Source: Promethearchaeum syntrophicum
Lineage (GTDB): Archaea > Asgardarchaeota > Lokiarchaeia > Sigyniarchaeales > Promethearchaeaceae
Direction of reading: 5' to 3'
NCBI RefSeq assembly: GCF_008000775.2
Contig: NZ_CP042905.2
Span: 2,400,001 to 2,432,000 of the forward strand
Length of the DNA stretch: 32,000 bases
Shown: positions 17,576 to 26,988 of the stretch, in pieces
Numbering within the stretch: the stretch's first letter is position 1
How the letters are laid out: each line of letters opens with the position of its first letter
Notes under the pieces: generated by a model
Databases searched by the model: none
The model's input: only the letters and a program-made list of their open reading frames with translations
Told to the model about the DNA's origin: nothing
Made by a program: the position numbers and the translations under genes

Positions 17576-18430
17576 TCATTTTTCATATTTCTTTGGTCTA
17601 AAATCACCTAATGGACCGTGCCATCGAAATTTTCCTATAGTTTTTTTTCCAATTTGAACTGCTTCTGCTGGACATTGGTGAATGCATCTCAGACACATAA
17701 TACACTGGTCACCAAAAACAATTTTCCTATCAATAATAGAAATATTTTGAACAGGGCAATTTTTCACACATAATTCACAGAGGGTGCAATCTTCTGATGC
17801 TTTGAATTTCTTTTTCATAAACTTAACCATAATAAGATATATCAAATGGAAAGGTGGACCGATAATTGTAGAAGCTATTTTAAATGGAGGTTTTATTGAT
17901 ATCTCTTCTAATTTTTCACCAGATGATAATTTTTCAGCAATTTCTATTATTCGGGAAGTGAACTTATCGACTTTTAGTAAATTTTTATAATCCTTTTCTA
18001 ATGCTTTTTTTACATATTTAGAATTCTTATTCAACATGGCAAGACCATCTGTTCCAGGCATGATTATACTCATAGATCCTAATAATTTATATCCGTTTTT
18101 CTTAAAAGGTTTGTAAATTTTCCTAATAGCATTACCTTCCCATAATCCCATTGTACAAAAAATAAAAACTCCTTTATTTTGAATAGGGGATAGTTTTGCG
18201 AGAAAATTTCTTACAATTACTGGAGAATTTAATTCAAAAACTGGAAATCCAAAGCAAATAATATCATATTCCATAATTTCATCGGGAGAACAATTTTCAA
18301 TAGATAGAAGTGATATGTCTATTATTGGAGAGTTAAATTTTAGTTTTTTTTTTAGATATCGTGCAATGTAATCCGTATTTCCTGTTCCACTAAAATATAG
18401 AATCAGTAATCTCATATCTTTGTTCATCAT
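17576..18430 (-). CDS. EFR1-like flavodoxin/[4Fe-4S] ferredoxin fusion
   Basis: LLILYFSGTGNTDYIARYLKKKL (flavodoxin-like) plus CTLCELCVKNCPVQNI and CIMCLRCIHQCPAEAV. Confidence 0.88.
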   Translation of the reverse strand: MMNKDMRLLILYFSGTGNTDYIARYLKKKLKFNSPIIDISLLSIENCSPDEIMEYDIICFGFPVFELNSPVIVRNFLAKLSPIQNKGVFIFCTMGLWEGNAIRKIYKPFKKNGYKLLGSMSIIMPGTDGLAMLNKNSKYVKKALEKDYKNLLKVDKFTSRIIEIAEKLSSGEKLEEISIKPPFKIASTIIGPPFHLIYLIMVKFMKKKFKASEDCTLCELCVKNCPVQNISIIDRKIVFGDQCIMCLRCIHQCPAEAVQIGKKTIGKFRWHGPLGDFRPKKYEK

Positions 18431-18529
18431 TAATTTGTTAGGGATAAAATTTAAAGTGATTTATATTCTTTTGAGAAAATTAAGATAGAATTCAAAAAAA
18501 TGAGTACAAAAAAAAAATAAAAAATTATA

Positions 18530-19246
18530 TTATTTCTTGGCTCCCCGAGTTATTATAAGTAAAAATGTAAAGAATATCACTCCAAATAACACAAGGAAAA
18601 CCCATATTAATGCTGGATCAGGCGCCCAAATGAATGCAAGGTATGTAAATGGGAGCAAGAATACAACAGTAAGAATAACCAAAGCAGCTAGAGTAACCTT
18701 GGCATCTTTCAAATCTAAAACTATCGGGACTATTATAGCAATGGTTAATACAGTAACCAGAATCTTATAGGTTAAAATAATCCCCAATAAAGGAGCATCT
18801 GCTGCTAAAGGATCCAAAAGTGGAATATAAAAGAAATTCCAAATAGCGTCTGCTCCTTCATTCATGTTATTATTCACCCCTTGTAATGAAGGTAATACCG
18901 CTGAAAGGATCAAATTTATTACAATTCCAATAATCAACATCAATGCAACATCATCTGCATCTTTGAATCCTTTTTCTTTATCTTTTATGAAAATATCACG
19001 TATTACGGCAAGTAACCAAAAGATTGCTAGTACCATCATCGATCCGGTTAATCCAAATTCATATAATTCTTTCTTTGTCACTGCATACCAAAGATAATTA
19101 GTTGGTAAAAGAGCAGCGATATACGCGATTGAACCATATTTATCTCCTCGTTTAAAAAGATCATAAAATAAGAACACCAAGTAGATAAGAGTGAAGGATA
19201 TCAACAAAATAAGGTCGGCTAAGTCTATGGGTAACTGATTTAACAT
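18530..19246 (-). CDS. Multi-pass membrane protein of unknown function
   Basis: About 6-7 hydrophobic segments, no recognised signature. Confidence 0.6.
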   Translation of the reverse strand: MLNQLPIDLADLILLISFTLIYLVFLFYDLFKRGDKYGSIAYIAALLPTNYLWYAVTKKELYEFGLTGSMMVLAIFWLLAVIRDIFIKDKEKGFKDADDVALMLIIGIVINLILSAVLPSLQGVNNNMNEGADAIWNFFYIPLLDPLAADAPLLGIILTYKILVTVLTIAIIVPIVLDLKDAKVTLAALVILTVVFLLPFTYLAFIWAPDPALIWVFLVLFGVIFFTFLLIITRGAKK

Positions 19247-19390
19247 ATTTATTCACATTTTTTTAATTTAATTTAGAGTTATTAAAAATATGTTATTTTC
19301 GGATATTTTAAATATTTTAGGTCTGATTCTTAGCAACAGAAAATTTTTTTCAAAACTTTTAAACCCATTTAAAGATAAATTCATATATTC

Positions 19391-20005
19391 ATGGATGTAA
19401 AACGAGAAATTATTGGATTAAGAATTTTCACGGGATCTTTTCTTGCTGAAGTTGAAAAAATCTTTGGAACTGCAACTATAAAAGCGATTTTAAACAGATT
19501 AGGTCAAAAACCCGCTGAAATCGTAGCAGAGCATATGTTAGAAAAATATGAAAAAACTGTGAAAAAACCATTTGAAAATATTGGAGCTGTTTATACAATT
19601 TTTGAAAATACCATAACTCAATTATACGATTCAGAAATTATTTCTCAAGAAGATTTTGAAGATAAATTTATCATTCGGATAAAAAATGTTTGTGCTTTTA
19701 GACATTCTATAAGGGTTCGCGATGATCTATCCTATGGAGGAACTCTCTGTGAATTCACGATTGGATATTTTGAAACAGCATTAAAAATGCTAACAGGACT
19801 CAAAGTTGAATATCAATACTTGAAAAAAGAATCAACCGATGATCATTGTGTTATCGATTTAGTATTTTGGAAGAAAAAAAAACCAGAAGAGATCTTAGAG
19901 ATTAAAGAACCCTCAGAATCAGAAGAACTTTCCAAGATTGAAGATTCTACTGAAAGTAAAGACCTAAACGAAGCAAATAAAATAAATAATAAAAATGAGA
20001 GTTAA
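19391..20005 (+). CDS. Possible V4R/TRAPP (Bet3)-like domain protein with acidic tail
   Basis: Overall layout of N-terminal helices and C-terminal GYFETALKMLTGLKVEYQYLKKESTDDHCVIDLVF, which resembles the 4VR end block (G-LE-L-G----V-E--C---GD-.CEF-I). Confidence 0.4.
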   Translation: MDVKREIIGLRIFTGSFLAEVEKIFGTATIKAILNRLGQKPAEIVAEHMLEKYEKTVKKPFENIGAVYTIFENTITQLYDSEIISQEDFEDKFIIRIKNVCAFRHSIRVRDDLSYGGTLCEFTIGYFETALKMLTGLKVEYQYLKKESTDDHCVIDLVFWKKKKPEEILEIKEPSESEELSKIEDSTESKDLNEANKINNKNES

Positions 20006-20060
20006 GAAAATCATAAAGCATTTAAAATGCTTATTATATTAAGTTTTAAAGAGAAATTTT

Positions 20061-21011
20061 GTGAATCAGATGTTACCCAGCACTTTTTACGATTTCCCAA
20101 TTGGAGATTTAGATAAATCATTTCGTTTTGCTATTATTGGAATTCCATGGGATGGAAATTCTACACATGTTATTGGAAATACCAGAAATGCTCCCAGTGA
20201 ACTCAGAACTTTAACAACATTTTTAGGTAGAGCGACCGAAAATGGAAATAACATCATGGATTTTAACGCAGTGGATTTTGGGGATGTTTCAGTCTATCCA
20301 TCATTACCCGATTTGACACGTGACAATATTTCCATAATGATAAAAGAATTAATCCCATGGAACAAACCTTATCCCATTCCCATTATGATTGGAGGGGATC
20401 ATTATTGTTCATATCCAGTTATCAAAGCATTAAATGAGAAACGCTCAGAATTAAAGCAAGAGAAGTTCGGCGTTTTAATTTTTGATGCTCATTTGGATTA
20501 TTATGATAAATGGCTAGATGTAGAAGAACATTTTCACTGTACCGTATCCAAGCGAATATCAGAAATACCAAATATTTCAGCAGAAAATATGGCAATTGTG
20601 GGTGTTAGGGATTTGGATACAATAGAAATTGAAGAAGCAAAGAAAGACAATCTATTTTTTATCCCATCATATAAATTCTCTCCAAAAGGCGCTTCCAGTG
20701 GAATAGAGGAGCAAGTAGTAACGATTATAAATCATTTTCGTAAACAAAAAATATCACATCTTTATATTTCAATTGATATCGATAGCATTGATGGAGCTTT
20801 AGCACCGGGCACCCCTTACGCAATACCTGGAGGGTTTAAATATCGTGAGCTTTGGTATATGCTTCAAAAAATTATTGAACAGTTTGAAATTGTAGGTTTA
20901 GATGTAGTAGAAGTCGCTCCCGATCTAGATACATCTTCCAAAATTACTCAAATTACTGCAATTAAATTAATTACGGAATTAATGGGATTTATAACTCAAA
21001 AAATTAAGTGA
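20061..21011 (+). CDS. Agmatinase-like ureohydrolase (arginase superfamily)
   Basis: IMIGGDHYCSYP, FGVLIFDAHLDYYDKW, ISIDIDSIDGALAPGTPYAIPGGF. Confidence 0.88.
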   Translation: MNQMLPSTFYDFPIGDLDKSFRFAIIGIPWDGNSTHVIGNTRNAPSELRTLTTFLGRATENGNNIMDFNAVDFGDVSVYPSLPDLTRDNISIMIKELIPWNKPYPIPIMIGGDHYCSYPVIKALNEKRSELKQEKFGVLIFDAHLDYYDKWLDVEEHFHCTVSKRISEIPNISAENMAIVGVRDLDTIEIEEAKKDNLFFIPSYKFSPKGASSGIEEQVVTIINHFRKQKISHLYISIDIDSIDGALAPGTPYAIPGGFKYRELWYMLQKIIEQFEIVGLDVVEVAPDLDTSSKITQITAIKLITELMGFITQKIK

Positions 21012-21021
21012 GTCTAAAAAA

Positions 21022-21984
21022 ATGAAAGAAATCGAAGACACAAAGAATTATCGCCCTATTGAGCAAATTGATGTTTCTGCAAGCCAAGATATTGTAGAAT
21101 TAATGGATAAATTTAATAATATGGGATTTAATGCTAAAAGATTAGCACAAGCTTGTCAGATATATGAAAATATGTGTAAAGAAAAAGAATGCGTTAAATT
21201 TTTCTCCTTATCGGGAGCACTAGTTCCTGTTGGATTACAGAAAGTAATTTATGATTTTATTAAGGAAGGTTTTATTGATGTTCTAGTCACTACTGGTGCA
21301 AATTTAACTCATGATGTTGGAGAAGCTTTAGGAGACCATCATTTACAAGGATTTTCTTCAGATGATATAAAAATTGATTCACATCTACATGAAGAACACC
21401 TTAATCGAATTTTTGATGTATTTATGCCCAATAAAATCTATGAAAACATGGAAGATTGGATTCATTCCTTTAAAATTGATCATAAAGCTTCCGTAAAGGA
21501 AACTCTATGGGCATTGGGGGCAAAATTACCTAAAGAGAGTCATTCGATTCTTCAAATTTGTTCAGAGAAAAAAATCCCGATTTATTGCCCCGCTTTTACT
21601 GATTCAGGTTTGGGTATGCAATTATCTTTCGCCTATCCTAGTATGAACCTTAATCAATTTGAAGATTTGCAAGAAATGATAAATAAAGCATGGGATACAA
21701 AAGTTGCGGGAGTGTTTATTGCAGGAGGGGGAGTCCCTAAGAATTTTATTTTTCAAGCGCTCCAGTTTTCACCAAATTCAGGAAAATATGTTGTACAAGT
21801 TACCACCGATGCTCAAGTCTCTGCGGGTGGTTTATCGTCTGCATCGTTAAGTGAAGCAATATCATGGGGAAAAGTAGCAGCTAATGGTAAAAGTGAGACT
21901 GTGCAAGTTCATATGGATTGTACTATTGCACTTCCTATAATACTAGCTTTTTTAAAACAAAAAAAACAACTAGGAATAATTTAG
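21022..21984 (+). CDS. dys: Deoxyhypusine synthase
   Basis: FFSLSGALVPVGLQKVIYDFIKEGFIDVLVTTGANLTHDVGEALG, QVTTDAQVSAGGLSSASLSEAISWGKV (catalytic Lys block). Confidence 0.93.
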   Translation: MKEIEDTKNYRPIEQIDVSASQDIVELMDKFNNMGFNAKRLAQACQIYENMCKEKECVKFFSLSGALVPVGLQKVIYDFIKEGFIDVLVTTGANLTHDVGEALGDHHLQGFSSDDIKIDSHLHEEHLNRIFDVFMPNKIYENMEDWIHSFKIDHKASVKETLWALGAKLPKESHSILQICSEKKIPIYCPAFTDSGLGMQLSFAYPSMNLNQFEDLQEMINKAWDTKVAGVFIAGGGVPKNFIFQALQFSPNSGKYVVQVTTDAQVSAGGLSSASLSEAISWGKVAANGKSETVQVHMDCTIALPIILAFLKQKKQLGII

Positions 21985-21996
21985 AGGAATAAAAAA

Positions 21997-23184
21997 ATGA
22001 AATATCGAAAAATGGGATCTTTGGATTGGGAAGTTTCCGCTTTGGGCTTTGGAGCTATGCGCCTTCCAATGCTCAAAGAAGGTGACACTGAAAAAGTCGA
22101 TGTTCAAGAAGCAATTAGAATAATAAGATATGGAATTGATAATGGAATAAATTATGTTGATACTGCTTGGCCATATCATGGAGGAGAAAGTGAAAAAATT
22201 GTTGGACAAGCATTAAAAGATGGATACAGAGAAAAAGTAAAATTGGTTTCTAAGCTTCCAATGTGGGAAGTTAATAAAGCTGAAGATTTCGATATATTTC
22301 TTTCGAAACAACTTGAAAAATTGCAAACTGATCATTTAGATATCTATCTCTTTCATGGTTTGACGAAGAACCGATTTAAAAAATTAAAAAATCTCAATTT
22401 AATCGAAAAAATGGAACAAGCTCGTGAAAAAGGTCTCATTCACCATATTGGATTTTCGTTTCATGATACGAGAGAGGTATTTAAAGAAATAATTGATTTC
22501 TATCACTGGGATATGGCTCAAATTCAACATAATTATATTGATATTGAATATCAAGCCTCAATTGAGGGATTGCAATATGCAGCTAATAAGGGGATTGCAG
22601 TTGTTATTATGGAACCCATTAAAGGGGGTAAATTAGCTAATCCTACACCTGGAGTTACAGAAATTTTAGAAAAATCTGCTATTAAACGATCACCAGTTGA
22701 TTGGGCACTTCAATTTTTATGGAATAAAAAAGAAGTTTCTGTTGTTCTTAGTGGAATGGGGTCCTATCAAATGGTTAAAGAAAATGTCAAGAGTGCAAGT
22801 AATTCTGGAATTGGTCTATTAACTCCTTCAGAAAAAGAAACTCTTAAACAGCTAGCAGTTGCATTTCGAAAAGTTCTTAAAATTCCTTGTACAACTTGTG
22901 GTTATTGCCTTCCTTGTCCAAATGGAGTAAATATTCCCGGAAGCTTAGGATACATTAATGAATTAGCATGGGGACGGAAAAGAAAAGAGCTGGAAACTTG
23001 GTATAACTTTATGGCAAAAACTGAAGAAGAACTGAAAGAGAGACCAAATGAAGGTAATGCAAGTTTTTGTATAAAATGTGGAGAATGCCTTGAAAAATGT
23101 CCTCAATCGATTGATATTCCAACAGAATTAGAAAAAATAAATGAAATCTTTGGTAATGGAAAAACCTTTGAAGAATTTTATTAA
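21997..23184 (+). CDS. Aldo/keto reductase with C-terminal Fe-S (ferredoxin-like) domain
   Basis: KYRKMGSLDWEVSALGFGAMRLPM, GINYVDTAWPYHGGESE, then CTTCGYCLPCPNGVNIPG and CIKCGECLEKCPQSIDIP. Confidence 0.92.
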   Translation: MKYRKMGSLDWEVSALGFGAMRLPMLKEGDTEKVDVQEAIRIIRYGIDNGINYVDTAWPYHGGESEKIVGQALKDGYREKVKLVSKLPMWEVNKAEDFDIFLSKQLEKLQTDHLDIYLFHGLTKNRFKKLKNLNLIEKMEQAREKGLIHHIGFSFHDTREVFKEIIDFYHWDMAQIQHNYIDIEYQASIEGLQYAANKGIAVVIMEPIKGGKLANPTPGVTEILEKSAIKRSPVDWALQFLWNKKEVSVVLSGMGSYQMVKENVKSASNSGIGLLTPSEKETLKQLAVAFRKVLKIPCTTCGYCLPCPNGVNIPGSLGYINELAWGRKRKELETWYNFMAKTEEELKERPNEGNASFCIKCGECLEKCPQSIDIPTELEKINEIFGNGKTFEEFY

Positions 23185-23253
23185 AGATTAAGATCAAATA
23201 TCCTATAAAAAATAATAAAAAAGATTTAAGGTTCCACAAATTTCAACAAAATA

Positions 23254-24066
23254 ATGAAGATCGGAATAATTTATCATAGCGGGACAGGTACAACTGCAAG
23301 ATTAGCCCAAGAAATAAAATCTGGATTTGAAGAAAAAGGAAATGCAGTACAAATTTTTCGCATCCCAAAATTCAGAATCGAAGATATTGAAGATTTTGAT
23401 ATTCTTGGGATTGGCACTCCAACAATGGGATTTCGAACTCCCAGTTTCGTCATGGATTTTATCAAATTATTTCCCACGAAAAATCAACCTTATTTTCTCT
23501 TTAATACTTGTTCAGGTACACTTGTGAATACGTTTTCACGGATCTATAGGCACCTAAAGAAGAAAAATTGGAAATTACTTGATGTTCTGAGTTTAAAGGG
23601 CCAAGGTACAACAAATATTAAAGCATGGAGACCTAAAATCACCGAAGAACTTTCCAAAATGGATGGGATTGCAGAAAGTGAATTTGAAAAAGCTAAACAA
23701 TTTACTTCATCAATTCTTGAGAATTATACTCAAATAATCCAAGAAAAAACATCTCCTGCAAAAACGGTCAAATTAAAATATTTAATGACTGTAATGTTCT
23801 TATTATCAGACAACCTGCTAGCTAAAGGTACCATAGGTAAAAAAGTAGTTAATTTGGAGAGATGCACCAAATGCGGTTTATGTGCAACGAAAATTTGCCC
23901 TTCTGGATGTATCACATTGAATTCGGAATCAATCCCAGAATTTAATGAAAAATTGTGTATTTCGTGTCAAGGTTGCGTGAATCTCTGTCCGGAGTTGGCA
24001 ATCACAGGAAAAGGAAAAAAAAATTACCCATACACTACCTACAATAAATATATTATTCAATCTTAA
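23254..24066 (+). CDS. EFR1-like flavodoxin/[4Fe-4S] ferredoxin fusion (second copy in window)
   Basis: KIGIIYHSGTGTTARLAQEIKSGF, CTKCGLCATKICPSGCI, CISCQGCVNLCPELAI. Confidence 0.87.
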   Translation: MKIGIIYHSGTGTTARLAQEIKSGFEEKGNAVQIFRIPKFRIEDIEDFDILGIGTPTMGFRTPSFVMDFIKLFPTKNQPYFLFNTCSGTLVNTFSRIYRHLKKKNWKLLDVLSLKGQGTTNIKAWRPKITEELSKMDGIAESEFEKAKQFTSSILENYTQIIQEKTSPAKTVKLKYLMTVMFLLSDNLLAKGTIGKKVVNLERCTKCGLCATKICPSGCITLNSESIPEFNEKLCISCQGCVNLCPELAITGKGKKNYPYTTYNKYIIQS

Positions 24067-24305
24067 ATTCTCTTTTTTTAATTAATAATCAACCTAATTT
24101 TTATTTAGACACCCATAACAAGTAAAGGCAATGTCTCGTATTTTGGGTTTCGCAGAATAAATTATGACAAATCAGCATGCTAAAGGATTTTCGTTATTTT
24201 CCATTGATAAATGACTTCTTAGTGAAATAAGTTGATGGAAGTTTATGGAGTCGGTAGGTAAGGAAAAATAGAAATTTTATTAATTTGAGAAAAAAATAAA
24301 AAAAA

Positions 24306-24327
24306 TCATGATTTTTCAAGTTAATCT
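24306..24327 (+). repeat. Left terminal inverted repeat of the IS (overlaps transposase stop codon)
   Basis: tcatgatttttcaagttaatct, perfect inverted match to 26055-26076. Confidence 0.85.
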
Positions 24328-25989
24328 TTTTTCATAAAATTGTGCTTGGACTTTACTAATTCCTAAAAATTTCAATGTTTTTTTTAACCAATTTTCACTT
24401 AAAACCTTCTTACGTCCATCATGCATAGATTTAAGCAACCGCCAATTTAGATTACTCGCTTCTTCCCAAATATCACTTTCTAATTCTTCATCTCTACAGA
24501 ATACAAAACGCAAATGGTAATCTCCTTCAGTAAGGATCAGCCTTCCCACTTGTTTCTTAGCACTACGACTGTAAAAATGCGATTTTTGGCGTCCAAAGGC
24601 TTGCTCTAAAGTATTATTTGTCAAAATCGGTTTTTCAAATTTACGATAACTGAATAGACCATTACGATAACTTTCCCACAATCTTAGCCACTCTCCCATT
24701 ATTTCCAAATATGTACTAGACGATCGCGGTAAATAGGCCCGCAAATTCGTTTTAACAAAATTTTGATCGGTTTCAAGTAGTTTTTGCTCCAAATTGACAA
24801 ATAATGTTGCCATGTTGTCCTCGATCTCTGATGAACTTACATTTTTTGCAAAGTATCCTGAATAAATTTCTTTGAAGATCTCAAAAAGTTCGTTACAATC
24901 AGAATAGAGAGAATATAATGAACTTAATGATTCTGTCCATTTTTCTCCCTCTCTACGATATATTTTGTGAATTCGATAGTTTTGAGGTACTTGACTCATG
25001 ATTTCAAACATTTGAGCTGTGTAATCGTCTAAATGTTCGAAAAATTTAATCCCCCTAAGTTGTTCAAATTTTTTGTTTCTGAAGCGTTTCATTTTTTTTA
25101 AATCAGCAATTATCGGAGAAAAAACCGTTTTTGGGGCAATTTTTCCATGTTCTTCAATATATATTGGGGAATTAGGACCTGTGTTCAAAAAATAGCTATT
25201 TTGTATTACTTGAGATAATCTTTTATGGAGTTTTCCATCAAGTAATTCCAAATGATTCCAAATATTATTCATAAAATGGTACCCACAGTATTGATGGGGT
25301 ATTTTGGGATAATATTTGGAGATGCAACTCGTTATATTGTTTTGTTTATCGCTAATAAATCCACTTATCTTCACAGAATAAAGAGAGATAATTTTTTCAA
25401 TCTCATCATGCAGAATATCTGCTGTTGCACTTTCTAGGTAAACCGTGGATAGTAATCGGTTCGAAATTAAATCAACAAAGAGCCACAATCCTGGACCCTC
25501 AACCAATGGATCCTCTCCATCTAAACCCATTAAAATGACTTTTTGTTTCTTTATAATTTCTAAAGTTTTTTGATCAATAGCTTCAGATTTGACTACAGTC
25601 ACCACATTAATCATTCTTCGGATTGTACTTTCAGAAATTTTCAATTTATATTCTGTTTGAAGCACATCTAAAATATATGCTGCCTTAAAATGTTTCTTCA
25701 AAGCGTAAAATGCTACCTTTTGTACAACATCTTTTCCATAATAGAAACCTTCAAATTCAAACCGAGATTGAGGATTAAATACAATATCGTGCATTTTACA
25801 ATTTGGATTAATGCAATGATAATAGATTGTGATTTGATTTATGTCTCCAGCAAGAGAATGCACGATTTTACCATTGTCTGCATATTTTTTGATTACTTTT
25901 TCCTGACAGACAGGACATTCTTTTGGTAAATTCTGGGGCCATTTTAGATAAACGGTACAATAATCCCCCGACTGAGCATGATATTTCAT
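24316..25989 (-). CDS. DDE-type transposase with N-terminal zinc finger (MULE/IS256-superfamily-like)
   Basis: CPVCQ...CINPNC zinc ribbon. VILMGLDGEDP, ISGFISDKQNNITSCISKYYPKIPHQYCGYHFMNNIW (D-x-C/H block), ILTNNTLEQAFGRQKSHFYSRSAKK (E block). Flanked by TIRs. Confidence 0.8.
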   Translation of the reverse strand: MKYHAQSGDYCTVYLKWPQNLPKECPVCQEKVIKKYADNGKIVHSLAGDINQITIYYHCINPNCKMHDIVFNPQSRFEFEGFYYGKDVVQKVAFYALKKHFKAAYILDVLQTEYKLKISESTIRRMINVVTVVKSEAIDQKTLEIIKKQKVILMGLDGEDPLVEGPGLWLFVDLISNRLLSTVYLESATADILHDEIEKIISLYSVKISGFISDKQNNITSCISKYYPKIPHQYCGYHFMNNIWNHLELLDGKLHKRLSQVIQNSYFLNTGPNSPIYIEEHGKIAPKTVFSPIIADLKKMKRFRNKKFEQLRGIKFFEHLDDYTAQMFEIMSQVPQNYRIHKIYRREGEKWTESLSSLYSLYSDCNELFEIFKEIYSGYFAKNVSSSEIEDNMATLFVNLEQKLLETDQNFVKTNLRAYLPRSSSTYLEIMGEWLRLWESYRNGLFSYRKFEKPILTNNTLEQAFGRQKSHFYSRSAKKQVGRLILTEGDYHLRFVFCRDEELESDIWEEASNLNWRLLKSMHDGRKKVLSENWLKKTLKFLGISKVQAQFYEKRLT

Positions 25990-26054
25990 TAATTTAACAA
26001 AAGAAAAAAAGTGATTTATAGTTTTTGTTTTGTTCCAATCTTTTTGTCGGATGG

Positions 26055-26076
26055 AGATTAACTTGAAAAATCATGA
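26055..26076 (-). repeat. Right terminal inverted repeat of the IS
   Basis: agattaacttgaaaaatcatga, the reverse complement of 24306-24327. Confidence 0.85.
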
Positions 26077-26296
26077 AAAAATAGAATTTAGTTCTTTTCT
26101 ATTGTAGAATATTTATAAACTGGCTCTTGGAGCTTATTAAATTTTGTCTGGAGTTGGGAATCAAAGGAAAATACAAGAAAATTCATACATTTACCACTTA
26201 CAAAAATATCTAGGTTAGCCTTAAATTCTTTTTTTTTGTAAATTATTAAAAACATTTTTGCTTTTTACATTCTTTGAAAAATTAAAAAAAAAAGAC

Positions 26297-26866
26297 TTAA
26301 TTCACACTTTTAAAAAAGAAAAGATATTTTGTAGCTTTTTCTCTTTTAAATATTCTTAAATTTTCAATCTTATTAACGTAGTGTTCAGCATCGTGATGTT
26401 CAACTAATAAAATTAGTTTACCAGACGGTTTTAAAACTCTCTTAAATTCATTCAGATGTTGTTGTAAATTTTCTAAGTGATGTATTACATCGAATATAAA
26501 AACATAGTCAATTGATTTATCATTAATATATAATTCACAATCTGTTGTAATTGTTGTTATATTTGATATTCCATTTGATTCAGTTTTTTTTTGAACATAT
26601 TTTTCAGCTAAAGGATGTATATCAGCAGAAAAAACATGTCCATTAGGTAAAACCATTCTCGCAGCTTCAATTGCATAATCTCCAGGACCAGCACCATAAT
26701 CTAAAATAATATCGCCAGTCTTTAATGGAATTTCATTTAGGATTTTGATAATCTTTTCTTTTTTTCGAATAAATCTGAAAAGAAATACCATGCTCCTAAA
26801 CCCAAAATTACTAAATTTTCTTTTTTTTTTCATTTTTTTCATTTTTTTCATTTCATTCATCCACAA
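26297..26866 (-). CDS. Class I SAM-dependent methyltransferase
   Basis: DIILDYGAGPGDYAIEAARMVLPNGHVFSADIHP, IDYVFIFDVIHHLENLQQHLNEFKRVLKPSGKLILLVEHHD. The start is uncertain (MKKMKKMKKK run at the N-terminus). Confidence 0.87.
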   Translation of the reverse strand: MWMNEMKKMKKMKKKRKFSNFGFRSMVFLFRFIRKKEKIIKILNEIPLKTGDIILDYGAGPGDYAIEAARMVLPNGHVFSADIHPLAEKYVQKKTESNGISNITTITTDCELYINDKSIDYVFIFDVIHHLENLQQHLNEFKRVLKPSGKLILLVEHHDAEHYVNKIENLRIFKREKATKYLFFFKSVN

Positions 26867-26988
26867 AATATTTTTAAATTTTAATAAAATTAATAAAAAT
26901 AAGATTTTGTATTATTAAAATCCAAAAGTCGTATATTTAGGAGTAAGTATTAAAAAAAATACCTATATATCAACCGGAAGAGGATATA

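Larger units (their letters stand above)
24306..26076 (-). mobile_element. Complete-looking insertion sequence, ~1771 bp, 22-bp perfect terminal inverted repeats
   Basis: Left end 24306-24327 tcatgatttttcaagttaatct. Right end 26055-26076 agattaacttgaaaaatcatga, its exact reverse complement. A single transposase ORF fills the interior. Confidence 0.82.

Noticed and set aside
22997-23239. 76-aa minus-strand ORF region near the end of the Fe-S aldo/keto reductase (track entry 23009..23239)
   Set aside because: Mostly antisense to a clear coding region with Cys clusters on the + strand.
24286-24305. Poly-A flanks of the IS as a target site duplication
   Set aside because: Both sides are A-rich, but the match (aaaaa) is low-complexity and cannot be distinguished from chance.
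26797-26866. MKKMKKMKKKRK run as a possible coding microsatellite
   Set aside because: It is only a short Lys/Met-rich N-terminus and the true start may lie downstream (e.g. MVFLFRF); not enough to call a functional repeat.
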